DNA of 64,000 nt. Source: Chlorokybus atmophyticus. Lineage: Eukaryota; Plantae; Mesostigma and Chlorokybus algae. The notes beneath the pieces are model-generated. The model had not been told where the DNA came from. It searched no databases and saw nothing but the letters and a program-made list of their open reading frames with translations. The stretch spans positions 149,455 to 213,454 of the forward strand of contig RHPI01000401.1 of the NCBI GenBank assembly GCA_009103225.1. Reading direction: 5' to 3'. A program made the position numbers and the translations under genes. This document shows, piece by piece, positions 35,722 through 48,745 of the stretch; within the stretch, counting starts at the first letter, position 1; every line of letters starts with the position of its first letter.

Positions 35722-36422
35722 TGTGTACAAAAGGGGTGTGCTACTATGCTGGCATGCATCGTGTGCTGAGACATGCAAGTGACAAGCATCACACTCATGG
35801 GTAAACACATTGCATTCACCACCGGGCTAGTATCTTCTATGCTATGCCAACTCTAGCCTGCCCCGTTAGCCATGCTGTCAGCATGCAGAATTGTAGTGAC
35901 CTTTGCAGCGGTGGTAGTCTGCGTCATGTGTAGTCCTCGTAGTTGACACGGGCAGAGTTCACTGCTCCCATGTACTTGCACGTATGGATTCGCCTATCGT
36001 GTGGTCTTCGCTGTCTGTCATCTTCAGCACTGCCCTGCATGACCAAACAGGGCTACGCATGCAAGGTGCTCCCGGTCATGCACCCCTACCACTATGACAG
36101 TCACACACTCCCAGACCAACCATTGCATTCGCATTCACCACACGACATGCACCCCTCTGCAAAGCAACAGAGGGTAGAAAGGAAGCTATCCCAAATATCG
36201 GGTAAGCTTGCCCTGCTTGCCGCTGGCATGTGAAATGCCGTAGACCGGCCAGGGCGTGGTGTGTACAAAAGGGGTGTGCTTATGCCGGCATGCATCATGT
36301 GCCGAGACATGCAAGCGACATGCATCACACTCATGGGTAAACACATTCCATTCACCACCGGGCTAGTATTTTCTATGCTATGCCAACTCTACCCTGCCCC
36401 GTTAGCCATGCAGTCAGCATGC
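35722..36422. repeat. Two ~165-bp direct repeats (35722-35886 and 36260-36422)
   Basis: TGTGTACAAAAGGGGTGTGC...CCCCGTTAGCCATGC occurs twice with scattered mismatches. Confidence 0.85.
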
Positions 36423-38529
36423 TTGTATTCACCTGCACCATGGCTGCGGTTAGCGGTCAGCCTCCACAACAATGTCGACAGCAACAGTAGACTGTAGGAC
36501 TCCCCCCGCCCTCCTCTCCCATGTTGAGTGGTGTTGTGATAAAAAGATGCAAGCTGCATCACGCATGCAAAGCACACTGCATGCAAAACACACTCACATG
36601 TCACATACCAACTCAGCACACCGCATGTGATGTATAAGCTTATCTGGTAGTCCAAATGCAAAGCATTAGCACTACAAAAGGCTAACTAAGCGCACAAGGC
36701 AAAGCACAAGCACAAGCCAGGCAAGGACTTTATTATAATAGGGGCAATGCAAACTTAAAGCTATGTGCACTGCCTAAGTGCGTGCAAGTGGGATGGAGGA
36801 AAGTGGGGCAGGCAGGTAGCAACAACCAACCAACCTGTGGCAAGCAGCGCCTGGGTTTGGAGAGGTAGGCAAGGCACATGGCAACATGCAGCAAGAGCAA
36901 CAGGCCAAGGCATGAGCGCATGTGAGCGTGGGGATGCGATGCTGTGCAGTGCTGAATATGTATGCGGTTAAGCATGGTGGGCAAATCTGACAGCCACCGC
37001 TTGCATGTCAATGATAAAGTATTGTGACAACGTTATCTTAGATGCGGTAGTATGCCAATCACATCTGCTCAACCCACTTTTATAGCTATGAATCCTGTGG
37101 TGCATTATTGTTTAACTTGGCATGGCGTACCTCCTACTGGTTTCTTGTGCCGTTAAATGTTTCCCTTTTATGTTAAGCCTCCTACCATACACCTCAGTAT
37201 AGCATCTGACATGATGCTTGGGTCGTGGGTGTGCGCTTGCTGCGGGTCTACTAATTAATTAAGCTTACAGCATCATGCACATGCGAAACGGTTGACCTCC
37301 GAAAGTGGTAACATCATGAGAGTGGTGATATCATGTGGAATGTGCGTTCTCTTGGGATTTCAAACAAGCGGTTTGCAACCACCTCATCACGCGCACGCGA
37401 CTCGCGCTCGGAGAGAGGGAGAGAGAGGTAAAGAGAGAGAGAGAGACAGAGAGGCGCGAAACGCTAACCATGGAATAATCATGGTATGCTAACCGCTGCG
37501 CTTTACATTTTTATACACATTAAGCTCCGGCACACGTGTGTATGTGTGTGTGCATGTGTGCATGTGGTATAGGAATTAGGAGTGCGTATATGTGCGTGTA
37601 GGCAGAAAAAGTGTGTGTGTGCGCGCGCGCGTGCTCGTTCTGCTGACATGCAAGCTTGCTGGTAACTCTGTCCATAAGAATGCGCGCATGTTGGCTTATG
37701 TACCACAAATGCAATGCCGTGTGCGCGGTATACAGAAGATGTCGAATAGCTTCGGGCTCGAATGGACGGCTTTTTATCTACTTTTGTAATTAGTAAATAC
37801 AAAGAATGGTGGCAGTTGCCCTAGCCGACCTCATACACGAATTAATACAAGTTAAGTGGTAACGTTGCATTCAAGTCAAGCACGGTCATCCGACCATTCG
37901 GCTGACCGTGTGTACGGCGAGCGGCCAATCCGTTTAAGACTTGGACTGCAAGACATTAACTTGGTCCAGTTGAGTCAGAGGCTACACTTGCCTAACTGCT
38001 ATGTTCCTTAATGATGAAGCTATTGCAGTAATACATGTCTAAGTAAAAAATGTTTCACTCGATAATGTTGCCTCACTTCTTATAAACCTCAAGTAATCTA
38101 TTACATATTTTACTACCTACGACTTAAGTATGTGCAAATATCCATTATAGACAATGTTATGTTATTACGTTAAGTATCAATATATGTAGTATTCGTTTTT
38201 ATATTTGGTGTGCGAAAGCGCAAAATGAGACAAAGTACGTTATATATGCATACTTAAATTTTCTATGGCTCATGCAATTCCTGTCTTATACTGACATACT
38301 TACTCTTTACAATTAATCACCATCATCACATATGTATACATTTTAGATTAAGTTATAAAAATATTTCACATCAGATTAGTGGAACAGAACAAATACCACA
38401 CTCTACAATACAATGGCGTGGGTGATTAACTCAGGAAGTTTACACATATAACTACTTCATGCGCGCAAAGCGCGTAATATACTTTGAATATTACGTACAG
38501 TGTTTTATCACATTGGTCTTCTTTATTAT

Positions 38530-38901
38530 ATATCTTTATAACTACGTTATGTTAATAAAGCGGGTTATAGAAATACAGAACTTGATCGCGACTTGCTACC
38601 TTAATAAGCTTATTTATCCTAAACATATATGTTTCATCAACTTTAATATGCATTATTATAATCGTATGGCACGCTGTTGCACCACGTCTCCTCGACTGCC
38701 ATATTACCTTGATGCATATCTTTATAACTACGTTATGTTAATAAAGCGGGTTATAAAAATACAGAACTTGACCGCGACTTGCTACCTTAATAAGCTTATT
38801 TATCCTAAACATATATGTTTCATCAACTTTAATATGCATTATTATAATCGTATGGCACGCTGTTGCACCACGTCTCCTCGACTGCCATATTACCTCGATG
38901 C
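38530..38901. repeat. 186-bp near-exact tandem duplication in an AT-rich island
   Basis: ATATCTTTATAACTACG starts at 38530 and 38716. Confidence 0.92.
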
Positions 38902-41526
38902 ACCCATTAGCACATGTCGACCATGCTGCTAGTTATACACAACATTGCAACTTCATGCAATGTATGCTCCTTTTACTTATACATTAGCATGTCTAGCTAC
39001 ATGTGTAATGAACAGGCTACACGAGGGTGATGATGATGACCTCCTCTTTGTAGATGTACTTGCTAAGCATGGCACAATGGTAGGCGCTAGTGTCACACGC
39101 TTACACAATAACAATCTCAGCTAAGGCACCAGTTGCATACAACACACGAAGATGTATTGCACTAGTGTTATGGCACTTGTATGGCACTTATGGTAACTTG
39201 CTGACCAGATAGCTACATCTGTTCAGTCACACTATTTATACTATGAACAAGTCAATGACACATGTCTTAATCTAGCACAATCAACTAAAAATGCACTAGA
39301 CCATGGTCAAAGCTACTTAGACTTGCTCTCCTCCAGCTCCAGCTCTAATCCACGCCTCCAATGATGAGTAGATCGTCTCCACGACCAGCTATTGACTGCC
39401 ACATGGATGCCCACTTCTGCCACCAGTCCTTCTCCACTCACAACTTCCGAACTAGTTTCGATTACACCCATCAGATCTGAGTTACACTGATGTCCGGTTA
39501 CATTAACTGTAACTCGCTAAATGCACTTCCCCTCACTCAATAACATCCTCATCTACCTTCCCCATCATAAAACCCAATAAACATTATTGTCTAAATATGC
39601 TTCTACAAGCATATCTAACTACCTCATGCCTACAATCAGCCCACAGTCTGTTGTTCCCCTGCATTTAGTCATATCACGAGACAACATAGCTCAAATCCTT
39701 CACTAGCATAACAAGGCTTAAGCATAGTATATGCATAGTCACACATAAGCATCAATACATATTCAACGCAATAAATAAACGCACGCATGCTTTTTCACAT
39801 TTTACATGCCAGATGCACATCCATCTGTTTCGAGTTCATTTATTACAACAGTTGCTTGCTAAACGTTGTTGAAAAGATCACAAAGATAACGATTCGTTTT
39901 TATGTGCGTGAAGCGCGCAAGCTTTTGCACATCTTATATGCTATATAAGTAGGAATGTGTAAATGCATGAAACGCACTTTCTGGTCGTTTAAAGGGTTGT
40001 TTCTCAAATCTCTTCAAATAATGTGTTTTGGTGAAGTAGATGTATAAAGCTCTTGCAATTGTCATTGCAAATTGCTAACACATGCATACACAACTTTGAT
40101 GTTATTGTATTATATACTATGTATGAAACGCATCGGTACTACATGTAACCATGTAGTCATCTTGATTATATATTGTAATAGGTTATGACAGCGGCTTGTA
40201 AATTGTGTAAAAAGACAAAAAGTAAAATCTTAGACGTGCGTGATACGCACAAGCTTTAAAACACCTTATAACCGCAATGCATCGGATTTGCTTTTTGCAT
40301 GGGCTGCTTTAACTTGGCAAGCATGTGTACCATGCATATACTAATAGTGCCATATTTGGTTGAGACGTTACTGTAAACACTTGCGAATGTTAACGTCCGC
40401 CGTCAAGAATATATTGTTATTAGAGCGGCGACCATAGTAGTTTACTGCAGTCATGAGCCGGACAACTTGAACAAATTGAGGTTCGCCCCGAAAACCTTCC
40501 AGTCGGTGACCCGCAGTGCACTGAAAAGCGAAGCTTCGTTGCAGAATTGCTTGTTTCCCGGCGCTGTGTTTACTCGAAGTTGGGCCCGAAATACTAAATA
40601 AAAGCCCACACGGTGCGGCAGCGTTGGGTCGGGGTGGATTGTGACGAATTGTCACATTGACTCGACATGAAGAACATGTACCGGTACTCACCTTGTGTGC
40701 GTTATTGAACGCACCACCACGCGTGCCCTTGGAATGTCCTGTACGCCGCTGCCAAGCCGCTATTGGTTACAGCACGCACGGTACGCCGCGGCGGCCTCTC
40801 AAGTGGCTAAGCACGCTTTCCACGTCACCTGAGGCGGGCTTTTCGCGGGCCTTTTTCGGCTGTTTTTCCTTTCCAATTCTTCGTGCGTGCTTATCCCTGC
40901 CAGCCGACACGGCGGCGGCAGGCTGTCGGCGCCCGTGACAAATTTTTGTGCAGCGAGGATTGATTTGTTTCCTCGCGCAGCGTCATGCTCCAACACAGCT
41001 TAGAGTCAAGCAGCATGACGCTGCATGACGCATATCAGTGTGGGCCTAGGCCAGGCTAGCGCAGCCTATACAAGACTGCCTTTGATCAAACTACGTCTTC
41101 ATGCCAGCATGGTCCATGACTTATCGCACTCCTTGAGTGTCTCGCTTCGCGCCCGACAAATGTGTCAAATTTGGCGGTTATTGTCCAAAAAGTTTGCGCG
41201 GGAGTGAGATGCTGAGCTGAGCTGAGCTGAGCTGACGGGTCCGTAGCTTAGCAGGCTGCGGCGTTGCCATTTTGGCGCAACTGCACTGCTGCGTTGAGAG
41301 AATACAGCCGAGGCACCCCGCCGCCGGCGGCGGCTGCCTCGGTCGGGGCGGCGGGATGATGTCGCTGACAGGTTGTTGGAAGAGCTAAGGGGGTTACTGT
41401 GGAGAGAGAGGCTGAGCGATGGGCGTGGAGCTGGATCGGCCTGGGACAGCGGTGTTTGGCAGGTCCATGTGAGGGGAGCAGTGCAGGTTGGATTGGCTTA
41501 GCTTGGCTTGCTTCAAGGGAGCCAGC

Positions 41527-42807
41527 ATGGGAGTGCACAGGCTTGACACGGGTGAAGCACGGGTGATGGAGGGCCCGGCCTCACTAAGCATGACACAGAC
41601 CCAGCGCTGCCGAGTGCTGGATGATGAGCGAGAGCTGGAGTTGGGCGGAAAGACCTCCCCGCCCCCTCGCCGGCGCACGCCGCCGCCCTCCCCGCGCCAG
41701 CCTCAGCGACAACAGCAACAGCAGCAGCAGAAGCAGCCGCATTACGCCCTGGAGATGGCGGGCGACCTCGCCTCTGCCGCCGCCGCCTCATTCGCTGTCT
41801 CTCCCTTCATCGCCATCGTAGACAAGAGCATCGTCAGCAATGCCAGCGGTCGCCAGGTACTTGTCGGTAGGCTGTCAATGCACCCTCATTGGATGTAATA
41901 TCACAAGCCCTATGTGAGCAGCGCCATGATGTTGTAGTCTATGAGTGCATTGGAAGCCCTGCTTGTTGATTGCAGCTGATTGTCTGTTGTGCAGGCGTTG
42001 TGGCCTGCATTGGTAACTGGAGCTAAGGACGCTTGCCTGAGACCGCACAAGTTCTTGCGCAGACCGGAGTTCTGGTGGATTGCTGGGCTTTACACGGCAA
42101 CGTAAGCACGCGCCTGTTCGCGGCATTGCCTTCGGCAGCTGTCTGATGGATGAATGTCTCTTGCAGCTACATGGCCGCCAACAGTGTGGACACTTTCTGT
42201 CGGAGGCGCAAGGTGGAACCGACACTCCCCAAGTTTTTGGCCACAACCGGTGTGAACATGCCTTTCTGCATTGCCAAGGACCGCGCCTTTGCAAGACTGT
42301 TTGGGGTGATCGCTGCCAAGGTACAATGCAAGTCTTTTGCACCAGCTGTATATGCGGTCATGGGCTTCTGCAAAACCTTGCTGTGTTGTCTGCATTGAGG
42401 CCAACATGTTGTGTCTGTTGCAGCCGCTGCCACTGCCATCTTACGGGCTCTTTGCCGTGCGCGACTCCATGACCATCGCAGCTTCCTTCAGTGCCCCGCA
42501 GCACGTGTCCGGCTGGCTTCAGCAGAAGGGTGTGAAGCAGCAGCACTCTGACGTGATCGCGCAGCTGCTCTGTCCAGCCATAGTGCAGGTTGTGTCCACG
42601 CCGCTTCATCTGCTCGGCCTGGACCTTTATAACAATGGACAATCGTCGGCGGCTGCGCGCTCTGTCTTTATTCAAAGGGAGTACACTAAGAGTGTGCTGG
42701 CGCGAGTGGCGCGTATCGGTCCGGCTTTTGGTATTGGTGGCGTTGTCAACAAGCGGCTGAGAGACATGACACGGAGTTCCATTGGGGCAGCACCCCCTTT
42801 GAGGTAG
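41527..42807 (+). CDS. Conserved hypothetical multi-pass membrane protein, probably mitochondrial
   Basis: Exons 41527-41856, 41995-42101, 42167-42320, 42424-42807, phase-consistent. AVSPFIAIVDKSIVSNASG, YTATYMAANSVD, IAKDRAFARLFG, LFAVRDSMTIAASF, STPLHLLGLDLYN, RIGPAFGIGGVVN. The start codon is uncertain. Confidence 0.8.
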
Positions 42808-43826
42808 ATTGAAAGAAGTGTCCAATTTTCATGCAGGGGGCCTGTTCAACTGCAGTTGAACACAGCTCCATGCCATCCAGTTTTGTTTATAATTTTGTTT
42901 TAGCTATTCCGGATGTTCACTCATTTTATGGCCGTGCCAAGTTTGTGACCATTGCATACGTCTATGGCATTGGCTCTTCTGTCAGCTATCTGTATGCCAA
43001 GAGCAGTATTCTCGTGGGGCATGTGTCAGTACATGTCAAGGCGCCTAGGTTCGGTTTGTTCAACCAACCAACGGTCAAACACAACGACATTGCCAGGATT
43101 ACCCTGCAGGACAGGAGCCAATGTCACAAAGCTAGTCAGGTTGGAACAATCAGGCCCGGAAGGTGTGCACGAACCAATGCAGCACCTATATGTAATGCTT
43201 GCCATATTTGCACACTGTGACATGAGGCATGGGCGCGGAGATAGTGATGTAAAGAGCAATGGCAGTGTTATACTTCTGGTAGCAAGCCCACCAGACCCAA
43301 GCAGGCTGGTGAGGAAGTAAGTCCCGATTGGTTGTAAGGCGTCATATGCACAAGTAGTAAGATGATGTGCAGCAACACCACCTTAGATCAAGTTTGCGTT
43401 CTGGCTTCAATCAGAACTCACTAACCCAAAGAAGCATGAATGCGTACTCAAAACCATACAATACTTCACCGGTCTTGAAATGCTGCAACTATACTGCAAC
43501 AACGTCTTCAATTTTATGTGCACACGCTAGTTTATACCGCTCTAGAACAGGGCACGAGATGATAAACCACTGAATCCACTGACCTTGAAAACTCAGCAAC
43601 GGTGCTGCACATCAAGGTCCCACTTGACTTTATGTCTGCATGTAGACACTGTGCATAGACAGCACGATGCCTTGACATGCGCTTGGCGTTTGCAAGTTGC
43701 ACGCAGAGCACTGCACGCGACAACTTGTGCCAAACCTCCCCCGCCAGCCGTCATGGTCGCAATGACTGTACACCAGCGCTACAAGGTCAAAACGGAACCC
43801 CCACAAACTACACAGCCACTAAGCCC

Positions 43827-45708
43827 TTATCGCGCAGGCGCATTCTTGGACATGGCAATGAACGTCACCACGAGTCCCGTCAGCACAACCCAGCCAATGA
43901 TGTCATACTTCAGTGTGGACTTCTTTTTGCGCCCCTGCACATTGACCCGAATGGCACTCTCAGCTTTTGAATCACTCGCAGCCCTATACCATGCTGACAC
44001 TGGCACACAACAACAGCGTGCTAACAGCAACGTACCCTTCCACCAGCTCCGCTCAACAGACTCCCAAAGCCCCCCGCGCCAGCACCCTCACCGCCGTCCC
44101 CGAGCTGCAAATGATGCTGTTGCTGCTGCTGTTGCTGCTGCGCAAGAGCCCGTTGTATCTCCATGTGTAGGGCAGGTGCCTATAAACAAGAACGACAGCT
44201 CAGTGAGGAGCAGCAGTAAACGCAATGCACCAAGGGAGGGCGATGTTTCCTGTTTCATGCAAGCAACACGCTGGGAAGACAATTACGACAATATACACCA
44301 CTTGTATGCCTTGCAGACGACTTCACTTGCACCTCACCTGTGCACAGGAGTCCAGTGACTTCTTGTAAAGCTCGTTGGATGGATCCTGTCGGACAGTTGC
44401 GAGGCAGTCAGCATTCACAAACTCGCAAGCAAGCATGCAAACAGGAGGGCAGCTGATGGCGAGGTGATCAGCGCACGCAGCAAGCACCCATGCAACCATG
44501 AAACAAGCGTGTATGCCTGCTGCGAGGTGCCAAACAGCGTTACCTTCTCCAGCGCCTTTGCAAAGCAGTTGCGCGCTCGCTCAAAATATCTACCAGCCCG
44601 CGACGGCTCCGTGTACATGAAACCCTGCGGGACGGACATCATGTGAGGCGCCTGGCCAATGCTGCTACCTTCTGCCTTGCATGGCTGAGCAATGCAACTA
44701 CATGCCTGCGCTGTTAGGCAGTTGCCCATGCACCACAATGCATCATGCTTGTCGGCCTCAATCTTCAAGGCCTCATCCAACCGCTTCTCCGCCTCTGCAA
44801 CACAAGGATACCACATCAACACATGGACGCAACTTGTAGCACTGGTCTAACTTACAAGTGCACTGTATGCCATGAGTACGACACACAGCCGAGCTACATG
44901 CATGCACCACTTACCTTAAAGATGACATGCATGCAGCAGTGCAGCATTGTGGGGTAGACTTGACGGTTGCTATTATGCAATGCTGGAAAGCAGAAACCAA
45001 GAAAAAAGACTGTCTCATGTTGCGTACCTATAACCAACTCCAGTGCATCGGGTCCCTGCCGAAAATGTGCCAGCTCCAGCAAGGCGCCGCCCCATCTGGT
45101 CAAGTTCTGACCAAAAACAACGAGATAAATGAGTAACATATGCACACAAGCATGATTTGCAGAGACACCAACTGCAGTCAAGCCACACTACCACCTGCAC
45201 TTATCATTACACAAACCGTTGCTTTGGCAGTTTCCCCCATGCGCATTAAATATGTTTCACAGTGCATGTGTGCAATGTGTAGGCTTTCGTCAGGTGATCA
45301 CAAGCCTCCCACTCTTTGGGGGGGGGGGATAGCCACTGACATAGCTTGTGATGAGACAGGTGGGGAGCAGCAAGACAGCAGCAATTGAATTCAACACTGC
45401 ACACAACAACCAGGACAACAACTGCAAGCGAACATGCTTCTGACAGCATCGTCATCACCATCACCAATATCATCATCAACAACACAGACATCATCACCGC
45501 CGGCACGCATGCAAGCAAGCAAACGTGTAACTGTAGAGTACGGACACAGCGCATGTGCATGGCGCTAGTGTGCGCGCAAGGAGACAGACAGCCGGACGAC
45601 ATTCACCTCGGCGTCCTTGTCATTGCGGCGGTACTCCTGCTCCGCCTGCTCGCGCACATGCTCAAAGAATATCAGCCTCTCCAAGTGCTCCCTCGGCAGC
45701 GCCTCCAT
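43827..45708 (-). CDS. TOM20: Plant-type mitochondrial import receptor TOM20
   Basis: LERLIFFEHVR, NLTRWGGALLELAHF, ALWCMGN..GF, DPSNELYKKSL, APALHMEIQR, C-terminal anchor YDIIGWVVLTGLVVTFIAM; seven exons, one GC-AG intron. Confidence 0.95.
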
Positions 45709-46232
45709 CCCAGATCAAGCTACAATCTACCACTCCACAACCACACGTCTCTGGCCACAGCTGAGGCACACTCCACACCACTCGCGTCAAGCGATCCCAA
45801 GACAGCCAAGCCGCTGACAATCACACACGCAGCCCCCGCGTATATCCCCAACAACCCGCACGTCGCCGCCGCCGCCACCGCCGCCGCCGCCACGTCAGAC
45901 CGTGACGGTGGAGCCAAGAAAACCCTAGATAACCAGTACATAACGCTACCTGAGCACGTTGACTGACCTTTGTTCGCCGCTGCTACGCACGTGAACGTGA
46001 CTCACATTTGCAAATCTGCAATAGCGCACCTCATCGAGTAACCCAGCTTGGGTGACGTGATCAGTGCTGCGAACGATTACGATGATCTGGATGACGTAAC
46101 CAGAACTCGTTTGGTGCTATTTTCGGCAACACACAAAAGAAGGCGGCGGCGGTGTCGTCGTCGCTACCCTCCTCACTCATCTCTCGGTGCTGAGGTGAAA
46201 GAGACATATCAGCCGACACACGCACGCGTGCG

Positions 46233-48297
46233 ATGCTGTCTGCATTGTGGCGGTGGTTGCTCCGTCGCCGTGGCCGCCGGCGTCCTTGCGGTGGTCGCCG
46301 CCGCCGCCGCCGCCGCCACCCACCTGCAGTCCTTCTCTTAGGTCTCGACGGCGCCGGCAAGACTTCCCTTTTATCCTCCCTCATACACTCCTCCACACAC
46401 TCCTCTTCCTCGTCGTCCTCGTCCTCGTCCTCGTCCTCCTCCTCCTCCTCCTCCTCCTCCGCCTCCGTCGCCCCCGCCTCCCTGCCCTCCGTGGCCCCCA
46501 CGTTCGGCTTCAGCTGCGAGAAGGTCAAGGTCGGGAAGAAGCAACGAGTGATGGTTTATGACGTGGGAGGAGCCGCGAGAGTGAGGGAAGCGTGGCAGAC
46601 GTACTACGCAGAGGTGGGTGCGGGTACACACACACACACACACACACACCAGTGCAGTCCAAACACACATGCACAATCACATCTCGTCGGACTACTAGCT
46701 CACCAGCAGAAATCACTCCAAGGAGCATAGCAACTCACACTCAACTGCATGCATGTGTGAGATTCAACCTACACTTCACCAGAGAGGGGCTGTCTCAAGT
46801 AGTCTTGTCAGCTGGGGGAGAGCGCTGCTGCTGGGGAGCGTGTGTGCACACATGCACAACATCGCGTTCATTATCTGTGGCTGTAACACATCACGCTCCT
46901 GGCAGGTGTTTGGCGTGGTGTTTGTGGTGGACGCCTCCGACCCCGCTCGCTTCCCCGAGGCTGCCGACGCCCTCAAGGCCGCCCTCGCCGACCCACGCAT
47001 CGCAAGCAAACCCCTCCTACTCCTCGCCAACAAACAGGCAAGGCGCTGGGACTGTACCACTCAGGCTGCAACAATCAGAACAACAACAGCAACTATAACA
47101 ACAACCATGTGCAGGATGTCCTCGGTGCCGTGTCAGCCGAGGAGGTTGCCTCGCAGCTTGGTTCAGCTGGAGTTTCGACCAACACTAGAGTTGTGCCGTG
47201 CGTGGCGCTCATCTCAGACCAGGTGCGCCCACTTTGCTTAACTGCTGTATCGGACAACAATCTCTCCTCAACCTTGTGCTTGTTGTGTGTACGTGATGTG
47301 ACGATGGATCGTACACAGACGGATGCGAAGAAGAAGGGTGGTGAGGGTGAGGCGGGGACGCTGAGTGCCGGCGTGCGATGGCTCGTTGAGCGCATCGATG
47401 AGGAGTATGTGGAGCTGGCTGAGCGCGTGCAAAGCGACACGGCAGCACAGGTGAGTCAGCAGAGTTGAGACGGAAGTAGGGAGAGCGAGCGTGTGTCTTT
47501 GTGTGTATTTCCATCGCGCATGCAGATGTGCGTGGGGTGCGTTCGTCGGTGTGTGCATGCATGTATGTGCCGGCCCACTGTGCGTGCGCGCATGCGCGCG
47601 TGAGTACTTGCTGGAGTCAACCTTCCCTCTTTGCGTCCAGCGTGCTGAGGAGGGGCGCAGGAAGTTGGAGCGTAAGGCCCGCGTTGACGCCATGAGGGTG
47701 AGAAGCGTGGTCTCCCAACAGCGACATTGCGGCTTCGAGCCAGTGTGCTGATCGAGTGTTTGTTGACAACCTCATCTCACGCAGGCGGAGGAGCGGTTAC
47801 AAGAGCAAGCGCTGCTGTCCATCGCGCCCAACGCCGTCGCACCCGAACCCAGTGCCATCAGTGATGCACCCAATCCTGTACATAAACCAACCAAACCCGC
47901 AGTCACCATCGCCTTCGCTGAGACAACTTCCAACCCACAACCACACCCACATCCAACAACACATTCAGAGCAGCGTCCCACCCAACATCGGACGCACGAC
48001 GTTGACACCCACAACGGGGATACCACGCAAGTGGTGTATGTGGACAACGACGACGACGACGATGGCGCTAGGCTGCGATCACTATCAATGCCAACAACAA
48101 CAACAACAGGAGTTGAAGAACATCATGGTGGTGATGAGGTCAACAATGGTGGTGTTGGTGTTGGTGTTGGGTTGTCGCTGTTGCTGCGTGTAGATACTAT
48201 ACCGGGAGCGGCGCCCACCTCGCCGTATGGTGAGAAGGGTGTGCTCTCTCCAACCCACAGGACACCTCATCTGTTGTTGCCTCCATTGGTGAGGTAG
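46233..48297 (+). CDS. ARL13: ARF-like ciliary GTPase ARL13
   Basis: Exons 46233-46613, 46906-47037, 47115-47222, 47319-47450, 47641-47697, 47785-48297. GLDGAGKT, PTFGF, YDVGGA (no catalytic Gln, as in ARL13), DPRIASKPLLLLANKQD, then a coiled coil (GVRWLVERI..LAERVQSDTAAQ). Confidence 0.88.
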
Positions 48298-48745
48298 CAG
48301 AAAGATACGTGTTGTGGTGAGGTAATTTGTCAGCGGTGAGATAGGCTAGAGCTAGGCTAAGGCAATCTGCATGTATCAGAACCAAGCAGTTGCAGTGTCA
48401 CGACGAACATCACCTTAGAGCAGGTTGGAAACAGTGTTGGTGTGACACATACAAGCACTAACAGGTCATCTGAGATACAGCGATTGAACCACGCACGGAC
48501 AAGGCAGGGTTGCGTGCGTGCATGCATGCATGCGTGCGCGTGTTGCACACGTGCAACTGGTTCGCATCCACAACCATGGCAGGCTTGTGTGTGGTCATCA
48601 GAGCTCCTTCATCTCCAGCATCTATTAGTCGCCCTCTCCGTGCAGTATCTCAACCCGCAATCGAGTATCTATCCCAACAACCAAATGCGCTCGCTCTCAA
48701 ATCTCCTCAACACGTGCTGCGACCTAGTCAATACTCCCAACCATG

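Noticed and set aside
35722-36422. TRIM retrotransposon
   Set aside because: No PBS, PPT, consistent TG..CA ends or TSD.
38459-38932. 157-aa ORF with an internal repeat
   Set aside because: Produced by the 186-bp DNA duplication in AT-rich sequence; no coding features.
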